Below are positions 1-9,331 of a stretch of 64,000 nt of DNA, piece by piece. This DNA comes from Histomonas meleagridis 2922-C6/04-290x (taxonomy: Eukaryota > Protista > Parabasalia), in NCBI GenBank assembly GCA_020184695.1, contig JAANOX010000144.1, positions 186,001-250,000 on the forward strand. The letters run 5' to 3'. The notes beneath the pieces are model-generated. The model did no database searches and was not told where the DNA came from. It saw nothing but the letters and a program-made list of their open reading frames with translations. The stretch's first letter is position 1, and the number at the start of each line of letters is the position of its first letter. The translations under genes were made by a program, and so were the position numbers.

Positions 1-120
1 GAAGCATACCTTGTAGGTCTCTTTGAAGATACAAACCTTTGCGCTATCCATGCTAACCGTGTCACAATTATGGAACGTGATGTTCAACTTGCCCAAAGAA
101 TCCGTGGAGAACGTAACTAA
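1..120 (+). CDS. H3: Histone H3, 3' part (truncated by window edge; not in ORF track)
   Basis: Frame 1 reads [39 protein letters not shown], the histone H3 C-terminal fold. Confidence 0.97.
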   Translation, partial: EAYLVGLFEDTNLCAIHANRVTIMERDVQLAQRIRGERN

Positions 121-362
121 AAGGAAATTTTTGTTTTATTCATTCGAATTTTTATGTAAAAACTCAATTTTCAGATTTTTGATTTTTGCGTTTAAACGGT
201 CGTTAAGATACAATTAATTTTTACAAAGAAAAACCTGTATCCTCTACAAGGGAGTCTTCTCTTAAGGGTTAAGAGATTCAACAAATGCTTTATAAAAGAA
301 ATTTATTATCAAAATAATTTTTTTTTGAAAATGTTGATATTATATAATTATAAAATTACAAT

Positions 363-1733
363 TTATTGATCAAATGGTGTCCATGTTTTGAGCTTGTTCG
401 CACTGCTTTGAGGATTTGTGTTTACATCATTTGGATATTCATAAAATAAAACCGAAGTTGTAACTTTTGTTGAGTTTAAATTTCCTGCATACGCATTGTT
501 TGATGAAGATGCGTAATATCTCACGTTCATTTCTTCGATGTAGTACTGTGGATTCGATTTTAAACCAGCAGCTTTGTAAAAGACAGAAATTTCCTGAACC
601 AAATGCGAAACCAAAGAGTATTGTAATGTATCTGTAATGTTTGGAGAAATGTTAATGGCTTTTGCTATGTTCTGATTTGGAATCTGATTAAATTCTGTAT
701 ATGTAAAATAGAAAGGTGAATCTGTATTTGAAAAATCCATTCCTTGTGCTGCAATTGTTGGAACATTACAAGAAAATTCTTTGCTTAAACCAAATTGAAG
801 TGGTACATTTCCTTGTTCACATTCACCATTCGAATTTGGCCCTGTCAAAACAATACCAGAAGACCCTGTGACAACAGTGTCACCAAACTTATATCCAGCA
901 TTAGTATTAGGAACAGCATTCGGATTTGTAGCCCATTGAATGCTGATTTGTATCACATCACCTTCAGAAACCGTTCCGATAGAACTCGAATCAACAAAAG
1001 CGAAGTTGCCGGCTCCGGATTGGGTCGTGTAGCTTGCATTACTCCATGATATGGATGTCCTTGCATCAGTGCATGATCCACTAAAGCTGCTACCACCCAA
1101 AACATTCAAACAATAATCTTCTGTCATACCTGTTGGAACAATACAGCTTTCAGAAACACTTTCAAGATACCTAACTGCTTGAGACTCACAATATCCATCA
1201 GATCCACGACGAATAACATTTTGATTGAGATTATTGTAAGGTGATACTGTGGTTATGGTTTGTGTGGTAAATATATCACGAAATGAATATTGAACATTTT
1301 CTGAATTTACTGCTCGTGGGTCGCTAATAGAATTTGGTGTAAGTACATAGTAATCACCTGGAGAAGGATTATTATTTTTATGAACACATAGCATTGTGCG
1401 AACAAGCCAACGTGCTAGTGATCCTTCTTGATCGTCATCTAGTTCGGAGCATAATTGAATTGAGTTTGTTGATATTTGAGGTAAACATTTTTCAAAATTA
1501 TTTCGAATATTTTGTGGACAATCTGGATCACAACAACAATTAGGATCGCATTGATTAGTAACATCACATGAGCATTCTCCGTAATCTGTATTTTCTGTTA
1601 TTATAAATGTTGTACTATCTGGATCTCTATCAGAAGTTGTCTGATAGTATAGAGACTCATCTGTTAGATTCATATCTTTTTCTATTGTAACAAGTCCAAG
1701 AGAAAAAGAATAAGGAAGGAAAAAAACTAACAT
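363..1733 (-). CDS. Tectonic-family (DUF1619) ciliary transition-zone protein
   Basis: 456 aa with a signal-peptide-like N-terminus and the Cys motif CSCDVTNQCDPNCCCDPDC typical of tectonics. Also has a C-x-x-x-N-N segment and an NAGYKFG motif resembling tectonic GNPGY. Confidence 0.75.
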   Translation of the reverse strand: MLVFFLPYSFSLGLVTIEKDMNLTDESLYYQTTSDRDPDSTTFIITENTDYGECSCDVTNQCDPNCCCDPDCPQNIRNNFEKCLPQISTNSIQLCSELDDDQEGSLARWLVRTMLCVHKNNNPSPGDYYVLTPNSISDPRAVNSENVQYSFRDIFTTQTITTVSPYNNLNQNVIRRGSDGYCESQAVRYLESVSESCIVPTGMTEDYCLNVLGGSSFSGSCTDARTSISWSNASYTTQSGAGNFAFVDSSSIGTVSEGDVIQISIQWATNPNAVPNTNAGYKFGDTVVTGSSGIVLTGPNSNGECEQGNVPLQFGLSKEFSCNVPTIAAQGMDFSNTDSPFYFTYTEFNQIPNQNIAKAINISPNITDTLQYSLVSHLVQEISVFYKAAGLKSNPQYYIEEMNVRYYASSSNNAYAGNLNSTKVTTSVLFYEYPNDVNTNPQSSANKLKTWTPFDQ

Positions 1734-2464
1734 CTGTTTTAAACGTTAATTCTTTTGTGTAAAAATAATAATGACTTTTTAAAATCTATCAATTATTTTT
1801 GCCTATTAAAAAGAAAAACTGGTAACAACTTTCAAGTAAAACATGAAAAATTACTTAAAACATTGAAATGTTGAACTATTAAATTTTGATATTTTTATAA
1901 GAACACGGAATGGAAATTTACATAATTTGTAAAAATATAAATTTTTGAATATCGATAATACAGATAATTTTTTCTTGTTTTTAGTAATTATAAAACATAA
2001 CGTAGATGTGTGAATTGCATTCTTAATTACTTATACATGAATAATGATATGTTTTTTTAAAAGATAGTTTGATTACAATTTTTTATCACCTGCACTTATT
2101 TTGTCAGTAAGGTAAAAAAAATAAATTGAAAATTTTCTCAATGGACATCATCAATTAAAGCTTTAATTAGTGTCTCAGTTACTTCAATTAGAACAAATGT
2201 TTTAGAATCATTAAAAAAAAAAATATTAATAAAAATTATTTTCCCATAACTTTAAATATTTTATCTTTTAAATAATATCATGTGTATATAAGAAATAAAT
2301 ATTTGACTATAATCACAAAAAATATAAACGATATGCTCAAAGAAAACAACCCCTTAAAGCGTGATAAACTATAGAAATTTTGATTCAAAACGATTATCCG
2401 ACCAATCGTAAACTTTTGAAAAAATATAGCACACTTTCCAAATCATGAACGAAGAGTCATAACT

Positions 2465-2470
2465 TCACTT
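2465..2470 (+). promoter_or_regulatory. Trichomonad-type initiator (Inr) TCACTT upstream of cupin ATG
   Basis: TCACTT lies 9-14 nt before ATG 2479. The same motif precedes PEPCK (47402-47407) and, as TCATTT on the minus strand, H2A (45624-45629). Confidence 0.55.
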
Positions 2471-2478
2471 TATTTTTA

Positions 2479-2928
2479 ATGTCGATCAAAACAATTTCCG
2501 AAGGAAGCAATTACACTGCTGTCAATGTAGGTCCAGTATCTGAAATCGAAAAATATGTTTTCACAGGTTTTGGACAACCAATTCCAGGAAAAGTTTTCTT
2601 GCAACAAGCTCTTCATTTAACAGGATCTGAAATTTCATATACATCCATTCCTGCAGGTGTTCAACTTTCATTTTTCCATTCTCATAAAGAAAATGAAGAA
2701 GTATATATTGTTATTCAAGGCAAAGGAGAATATCAAGTTGATAACACTGTTTTCCCAATCGAAGAAGGATCTGTTATCCGTGTTGGTACAGGAGCTAGTC
2801 GATGCTACAAGAATACTGGAACTGAACCTTTGGTTATCATATGTATCCAAACTAAAGAAAATAAGGAACCACTTAAAACTGGGCATGATGCAGAGTTTCT
2901 TCAAACTGAACCAAAATTTACCGAATAA
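2479..2928 (+). CDS. Cupin-domain protein, bacterial-like
   Basis: 149 aa with cupin motif 1 (FFHSHKENEEVYIVIQGKG) and motif 2 (EEGSVIRVG...YKNTGTEPLVIICIQ). Confidence 0.85.
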   Translation: MSIKTISEGSNYTAVNVGPVSEIEKYVFTGFGQPIPGKVFLQQALHLTGSEISYTSIPAGVQLSFFHSHKENEEVYIVIQGKGEYQVDNTVFPIEEGSVIRVGTGASRCYKNTGTEPLVIICIQTKENKEPLKTGHDAEFLQTEPKFTE

Positions 2929-3587
2929 AAATGAATTAGGCAGTAATTTATTATGTTTTTGAGTGCATCGAACATAATTCCTAAATTTCATTTAGACTTG
3001 TAGAATTAAATGTCAGCAAAGAGTATATAAATTTCATCAAAGAAGATTCTTTACTCTGGTACATTATTTATATAGTTTGAATTGACAAGTTATCATGAAT
3101 ATGATAATTTAAATTCATGTTTTTGTACAATAAGATAATTTCTTTTTTATACACCTATTTTCTTCAAACTGAACCAAAATTCACTAAGTAAAAATTACTA
3201 AGCATTTATTTTTGTTTTCATTACATTTTTTAAGTATACATTTATGTAAATATAAAGAATATTTAAAAAAAAAAGTTTATCATCATTTGGAGGGTATAAA
3301 AAATAATCAAAACTCTTTGTTGTATTGTAGTTTAAATTCTTCAAGTAAATCTAATTTCAAAATTATAATTATTCATTAATATTATACAACCAGATTTTGG
3401 GATAAATTCGAAAATCAATTATTTATTATCGAAAAATATCAAGTAAAGACGATTATCTGTGTACAGATGGTGATACAATCCTAATAATGTTATAACATAA
3501 TAGGGATATTTATTTGATTATAGTTATCGAACTGTATTAAAAGGAAATTCTTTTACAAGAAACGATTAATGAGCTGAAAACAAATGT

Positions 3588-5318
3588 TTAATCAAGTTTC
3601 CAAATCTTTCGCACAGAGTTCTTTCTCGCTTCGTCTTCTCCCGAATCTTCAATGATTTCGATCACAATTGGGTTAATTAGTTTCATATTATTCTTGTCGA
3701 GGAACACGAGTTTTATCATTTTGTGTTTTCCTATTTGCTCCACAAATTCGAATGCTTTGTGTTGATCAATGTTCCTTAGCGCTGTCAGTATCTTCAGAAT
3801 GAGCTCAGCATTGATATCAGAACCCAACGATCGGTTTATCTCAGAAGGTTCCATAGATTCAAGGCGCGGCTGGAAGTCGCGTTGCATCATTGTCATCCAC
3901 GCGCCGTAGCGCTTCTTACTTGTGGAGGCACCGCCGCTGCTGCGTGGCGAACTAAGCTCTGGGTGCTGCACTCTGATGTTCTCTGGGCGCGGCTTGCGCT
4001 GCGGCCTGGCGGCTTCCTTATGCTGCGCCGGCTTCTCCTCAACAATTTTAACTTTCGCCGGCTTCTCTTCTTCAACAACAACCTTAGCTGGCTTAGGTGA
4101 CTTCTCCTCAACAATGCTAACTTTCGCTGGCTTCTCTTCTTCTATAACAACTTTAGCTGGTTTCTCCTCAACAATGCCAACCTTTGCTGGTTTCTCTTCC
4201 TCAACAATGGTAACTTTTGCTGGTTTCTCTTCTTCTATAACAACTTTAGCTGGTTTCTCTTCCTCTATAACAACTTTAGGTGACTTCTCCTCAACAATGC
4301 TAACCTTTGCTGGCTTCTCTTCTTCTATAACAACTTTAGCTGGTTTTTCTTCAACGATCTTCACTGGCTTAAGTGGCTTATCTTCTTCAACGACAACTTT
4401 GGCTGGGTTAAGTGGCTTATCTTCCTCAATAACAATTTTTGGTTTGGAAATTGGTTTATCCTCTTCGATGACAATTTTTGATTTTGTAGCTGCTTTCTCT
4501 TTTTCGTTGCTGCGCACATCCTGTTTGGTTGTTTCCTCGATGATGGATACCTTTGGCTCGTTGACTTGTCGTATTCTGCCGTCTGCTGATATTCCGAGTT
4601 TGGTCCGTAGATCGCGAATCTTTTTGTTGACGAGATCTATGCCCTTTTCTAATTCGTTCGCACTTTCGAAGTCCTGTAATGCAAGTTCAAGCTTTCCAAG
4701 TGCTTCGCGACAAAGAGCACGACGAACAAATGCTTTGGTATATCGAGGATCAAGGCTTATTGCCTTTGTGGCATCACGCTCAGCTTCAGTGAAGTTCGAT
4801 ATTTGATAGTATGCAGTAGAACGATTGTTGAAATAGATTGCATTGGAGGGATCAAGTTTTTGCGCAGCTGTATATTCTTTGATAGCAAGTTCATACTTTT
4901 TCTTTTTGAAGTAGTCATTGCCCTTCACTCTATGTTCTTCGGCAGTTTCTTTTGGATCTTCAGAATCTTCATTATTTTCTGCTTGTTTAAGTTTGGCGTC
5001 CAACTTACTCCAATCTTCATAGCTACGTGGTGCTGAGCCTCTGCCAGGTGAGGGTTTATGCTCGCTAGATTTAACTGGCTGCTCTTTTTCTTCATTAGTT
5101 GGTAGGATTTGAACTTTCTTTGGTTGACTGGATGTACCTGTGCTGTTTTTAAGTCTTCCTGTTTCTGGTGGAGTATATCCAAACTTTCCTTCTTGAGCTA
5201 GTGCAATTAATTGATCATCACGTAATTGTATTTCTTCTTCCCATGAAACCATTTGATTGAGCTCATCACGAGTCTCATTTGCTTGATCTCTAATCATCCT
5301 CTGAATCTCTAAAGACAT
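3588..5318 (-). CDS. TPR co-chaperone, RPAP3/SPAG1-like
   Basis: N-terminal helix (LEIQRMIRDQANETRDELNQMVSWEEEI) resembles RPAP3. Three TPRs follow (KGNDYFKKKKYELAIKEYT, YFNNRSTAYYQ, KAFVRRALCREALG), then a repetitive linker and a helical C-terminal domain. Confidence 0.7.
   Translation of the reverse strand: MSLEIQRMIRDQANETRDELNQMVSWEEEIQLRDDQLIALAQEGKFGYTPPETGRLKNSTGTSSQPKKVQILPTNEEKEQPVKSSEHKPSPGRGSAPRSYEDWSKLDAKLKQAENNEDSEDPKETAEEHRVKGNDYFKKKKYELAIKEYTAAQKLDPSNAIYFNNRSTAYYQISNFTEAERDATKAISLDPRYTKAFVRRALCREALGKLELALQDFESANELEKGIDLVNKKIRDLRTKLGISADGRIRQVNEPKVSIIEETTKQDVRSNEKEKAATKSKIVIEEDKPISKPKIVIEEDKPLNPAKVVVEEDKPLKPVKIVEEKPAKVVIEEEKPAKVSIVEEKSPKVVIEEEKPAKVVIEEEKPAKVTIVEEEKPAKVGIVEEKPAKVVIEEEKPAKVSIVEEKSPKPAKVVVEEEKPAKVKIVEEKPAQHKEAARPQRKPRPENIRVQHPELSSPRSSGGASTSKKRYGAWMTMMQRDFQPRLESMEPSEINRSLGSDINAELILKILTALRNIDQHKAFEFVEQIGKHKMIKLVFLDKNNMKLINPIVIEIIEDSGEDEARKNSVRKIWKLD
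4025..4460 (-). repeat. Coding tandem repeat (PAKVVIEEEK-type, about 10 aa units)
   Basis: More than 10 degenerate copies of KPAKV(V/S/T)I(V/E)EE(E) within the TPR protein linker. Confidence 0.85.
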
Positions 5319-5803
5319 TTTTTCCTCTTATGTGGTCTGGTATACGTTAACGGTTTTTGATCCCTGTTTTTGTTGCTGTTTTTCTTTGTTTGAACATATG
5401 TATCCACCATGTAGACAACTTCAATAATATTAAAAGCATTAAAAATATGTGTGAATATCAAATTTTTATTGAATTCAATAGATCATTTGTTGATGTAAAT
5501 TTTTCATTTTCTTTAAAATATCCAGAAATTTTATATAAATACAACATACACATCATATAATTTTAAAATTGTACTGTAAAAAAAATACTATGATGGGATG
5601 TATTTTCTCAAATTTTTAACAAAGATTTTAAAATTTAAATGGAAAATTCGAACTTATTTAACAAATTATTTCAGGAATATACCATGTTAAGCATCAGAAA
5701 AAGGAAAAAGGAAGTCAAACATGGCCAAATATTTAATAATATGAATTTATTATGAATTTTTCCTTATGATAAACAAAATATAATTATAGGATTAATATAA
5801 TTT

Positions 5804-8125
5804 TTAGAAAATTATGCAATCAGTATTGGGATTATCGCCTGGAATTTCATTGTAAAGCGGCTGTTGTTCATTATTCTGTGCTGGAACAACATTTTGCTTT
5901 TGTTCAAAGTTTTGTCTTTGCTCTTCATTTGCATTTTGTATATTATTTTCATTATTTTGATTTGGAATATTGCTTTGATTTTGTTCTTCATTTTCATTTT
6001 GCTTATTCTGCTCATTAGTTTCATTCTGTTTACTATTTTCATTTTGCTTATTGTTTTGGTTTATAGTATCATTTTCGTTTTGTCTTTGTTGAACATGTTC
6101 ATCATTTTGTATTTGAACGTTGCTTTGATTTTGCTTATTCTGTTCGTTGCGTTGCATTGGTGTATCATCTTCATTTTGCCTTTGTTGAACATTTTCATTA
6201 TTTTGTGTTGTAGCATTATTTTCATTCTCATTATTTTGTATTTGTTCATTATTTTCCTTGTTTTGTATTTGGTAATTATTTTGATTTTGTTCCTCTTTTG
6301 CGTTCTGTTCATTATTTTGTATTTGATCATTTTGTTCATTATTTTGTATTTGATCATTTTGTTCATTATTTTGTATTTGATCATTTTGTTCATTATTTTG
6401 ATTTTGTTCCTCTTTCGTATTATGCTCAGTGTTTTGCATTTGAATATTATCTTCATTTTGTTCGTCATTTTGTTGATTTTGTTCAATATTTTCATTTTCC
6501 GCTTTAGGTTTCGTTTTCTTATTCGCGTCGACGTCTCTCAGCTTGTTCAACTCCTTTTTACTTATTTTCTTGATATCGTTATCCGAAAGCCTTCCCTTAT
6601 TACTTTTGACTTCGATTCCTTTACTTTTTCCAGTTGACAATTCTTCAGCTATAACATTTAGAATTCCATTTTCGTCAATATTGAATATCACTTTAATTTG
6701 TAACGAATTCTTTTTTGCTGGCGGCAATTTCATATTAAAACTTCCCAATAACTTATTTTCCTTTACATATTTACTTTCACCCTCATAAATTTCCAAACAA
6801 ATTTCTTTTTGGTTATCGATTTCATTTGTAAAATATTTGTATTTTTGTGTAGGTATTAGTGTATTACATGGAACAATTATATCCATTTCATCATCGTATA
6901 TTTTCACTCCCAAAGAAATTGGCGTTACATCATCTACAACGAGGTTTCTAATACGTTGAGACTTATTTCCTTTAATTATCGCAGCTAGAATAGCAGCGCC
7001 TGAAGCCACATAAGTATCAGGACTTATATTTGATGTTAAATTTCTTTTTATTTTATTATCTCCAAAATAATTCTTTAACATGTTAATGATATATGGTATA
7101 TTAGTTGAACCTCCTGTTAATATTACGTCATTTATTTCATCTTTATTTATTTGGTTATCATTTAGAAGTTTTTGTACTATGTTTAATGTCGAATCAAATA
7201 AATCTTTGTTTAATTCTTCAAATTGTTTTCGTTCAATCCTTGTAAAGATACCATGGCCATTATATAGTTGCGAACAATACACAGTTGCTTCAAGTCTTTC
7301 TGATAAGTTAATCTTCGCATTTTCACATGCAATTCGTAATTGCTGAAGTGCCGATGGTGATTTATGTAAGTCTTCTTTATGTTCCTTTCGAAATACTTCA
7401 CAAAAATAATCGAAGAGACGATTATCAAAATCTTGTCCACCTAAATGTGTATCGCCTGAAGTAGCAATGACTTTGTATTTGCCATTGCCAATTTTTAAGA
7501 GTGAAACATCAAATGTGCCTCCACCTAAATCATATACTAAAACATAACGTTCCCCAATAAAATTGTTAATATAACCAAAGGTAATGGCTGCCGACGTTGG
7601 TTCATTGATAATACGTAATACATTGATCCCGGCTATCTTACATGCATCAGTGGTGGATTGTCGCTGCCAATCAGTAAAATAGGCAGGAACTGTAATGACA
7701 GCTTCAGTGACAGGCACCTGAAGATAGCTTTCGGCATTTTCTTTGATTTGAGATATAATAAGTGAGGAGATTTCTTCGGGATATAGTTTAATGGTTTTAT
7801 CTAGAAATTCAATTCGATATGTTGGGCGGCCTGATCGATCGTGTGTAATTTTAAATGGCCAATGATTGATATCTGATTTAATAGCTGGATCATTGAATTT
7901 TCTACCAATTAAACGCTTGGAATCAAAGAGAGCATTGGATGGATTATCGGATAAATGTGCCATTGCTGCTTTCCCTACATATATTTTGTCTCCGGAGAAA
8001 AAAACAATAGATGGAATTGTGTCACTAATTATAAATGGTATAACCTTAACTTCGTTGTTTTTGAAAACAGCAGCACAACTATATGTTGTGCCAAGATCAA
8101 TACCAATTGGAAATGATTCTTTCAA
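5804..8125 (-). CDS. HSP70: Divergent Hsp70 with long N/Q-rich tail; ATG start not in frame
   Basis: Contains IGIDLGTTYS, INEPTSAA, YDLGGGTFDVS, GDTHLGGQDFD and DVTPISLG. About 230 aa of Asn/Gln/Glu-rich tail ends in CIIF with no EEVD. The ORF opens on TTG. Confidence 0.9.
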   Translation of the reverse strand: MKESFPIGIDLGTTYSCAAVFKNNEVKVIPFIISDTIPSIVFFSGDKIYVGKAAMAHLSDNPSNALFDSKRLIGRKFNDPAIKSDINHWPFKITHDRSGRPTYRIEFLDKTIKLYPEEISSLIISQIKENAESYLQVPVTEAVITVPAYFTDWQRQSTTDACKIAGINVLRIINEPTSAAITFGYINNFIGERYVLVYDLGGGTFDVSLLKIGNGKYKVIATSGDTHLGGQDFDNRLFDYFCEVFRKEHKEDLHKSPSALQQLRIACENAKINLSERLEATVYCSQLYNGHGIFTRIERKQFEELNKDLFDSTLNIVQKLLNDNQINKDEINDVILTGGSTNIPYIINMLKNYFGDNKIKRNLTSNISPDTYVASGAAILAAIIKGNKSQRIRNLVVDDVTPISLGVKIYDDEMDIIVPCNTLIPTQKYKYFTNEIDNQKEICLEIYEGESKYVKENKLLGSFNMKLPPAKKNSLQIKVIFNIDENGILNVIAEELSTGKSKGIEVKSNKGRLSDNDIKKISKKELNKLRDVDANKKTKPKAENENIEQNQQNDEQNEDNIQMQNTEHNTKEEQNQNNEQNDQIQNNEQNDQIQNNEQNDQIQNNEQNAKEEQNQNNYQIQNKENNEQIQNNENENNATTQNNENVQQRQNEDDTPMQRNEQNKQNQSNVQIQNDEHVQQRQNENDTINQNNKQNENSKQNETNEQNKQNENEEQNQSNIPNQNNENNIQNANEEQRQNFEQKQNVVPAQNNEQQPLYNEIPGDNPNTDCIIF

Positions 8126-8328
8126 AATATTAATTTTATTTTGAAATCTAGATTTTTTTAACGGTCTCTCTTATCATCAAACGTTCTTCTTAACAAGAAA
8201 CAAAAAAATTTTTATCATAATTTATTATACATTAATGAAATTAAAGGTGTAAATGTGAAGGATCATTTGCATAAAATGTTTACAAAAAAAGTTTAATTCT
8301 AGTAAAAACCTTATACTATATCATTATT

Positions 8329-8913
8329 TTAACAACATTGCTTTTTGTTTCCATCTTCAACAGTTAAAGATATTTGTATTGGTGGCTCTTCTGGCTTATT
8401 CTTAGGAATAATTATTTGTTTGACCAATTCTTCAATTGCAACTTCAATGTTTTGCCCTGTCTTTGCAGATACAGGGTAGTATAGTTCAACATTATTTTTG
8501 CTCTTCCATCTTTCAATTGCGTCATCAGAAATTTCAACTTTTGGCAAATCAGCTTTGTTTCCAAGAAGTAATACGGGAGCGTTTTGTTTCATGTCGACTT
8601 TGCAAACATCAAGAAACATATCCATATATATATCAATTTCTTCAAATGAACCTTTTGATGTAAGATCAAAAACAAGAATAAGTCCATTTGCTCCGCGAAG
8701 AAGAGATGGAGCAACTGATCGAAACCTTTCTTCTCCTGCTGTATCCCAAAGCATCATTGTTACTTCGATATTATTAATTTTTAATGAATGTGTGAAAAAT
8801 CCAGCACCAATTGTAGAAAGGGTTTCTTCCTGAAATTGTCCATTGCAGTAACGATTTGCAACAGATGTTTTTCCAACAAATGCAGAGCCTAATAAAACAA
8901 TTTTCAAGTCCAT
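8329..8913 (-). CDS. Rab-family small GTPase
   Basis: GSAFVGKT, WDTAGEERF, NKAD and SAK motifs with a C-terminal CC prenylation motif. Confidence 0.93.
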   Translation of the reverse strand: MDLKIVLLGSAFVGKTSVANRYCNGQFQEETLSTIGAGFFTHSLKINNIEVTMMLWDTAGEERFRSVAPSLLRGANGLILVFDLTSKGSFEEIDIYMDMFLDVCKVDMKQNAPVLLLGNKADLPKVEISDDAIERWKSKNNVELYYPVSAKTGQNIEVAIEELVKQIIIPKNKPEEPPIQISLTVEDGNKKQCC

Positions 8914-9331
8914 GCTTCTATTTGGAGTACCCCAATTTCAAGATCAACTTTTTGATTGGACCAATCGGAAATTTTCTTTCCACAAATCTTTCTAAATATT
9001 TCCATTCCATAGCATAGAATTAATATTAAAAAGACAAATTTTTGATAGTTAGCTATGGTAGCCATTATTATTTGAAGTACTAATATATTGTGAAATTAAT
9101 GATTTTAAGTTCTGAAAAAAAAACAAATTATTCACTCAAATTCTTTTAAACGTTAACCTCTTTCCTCAAATCTTTGAACATAGATGCAAGCCGGTTTAAG
9201 AATTTATCAGGTTAATATTAACGTTTGTTTTTGGGACGAGAAGATCAGGTTTTGAAAAAAAGCTTTTTCAATCATGTTCAAAAAGTCATTTCAACACAAT
9301 TTTGACTGTAACGGTTCTGACCACAAGAAGT

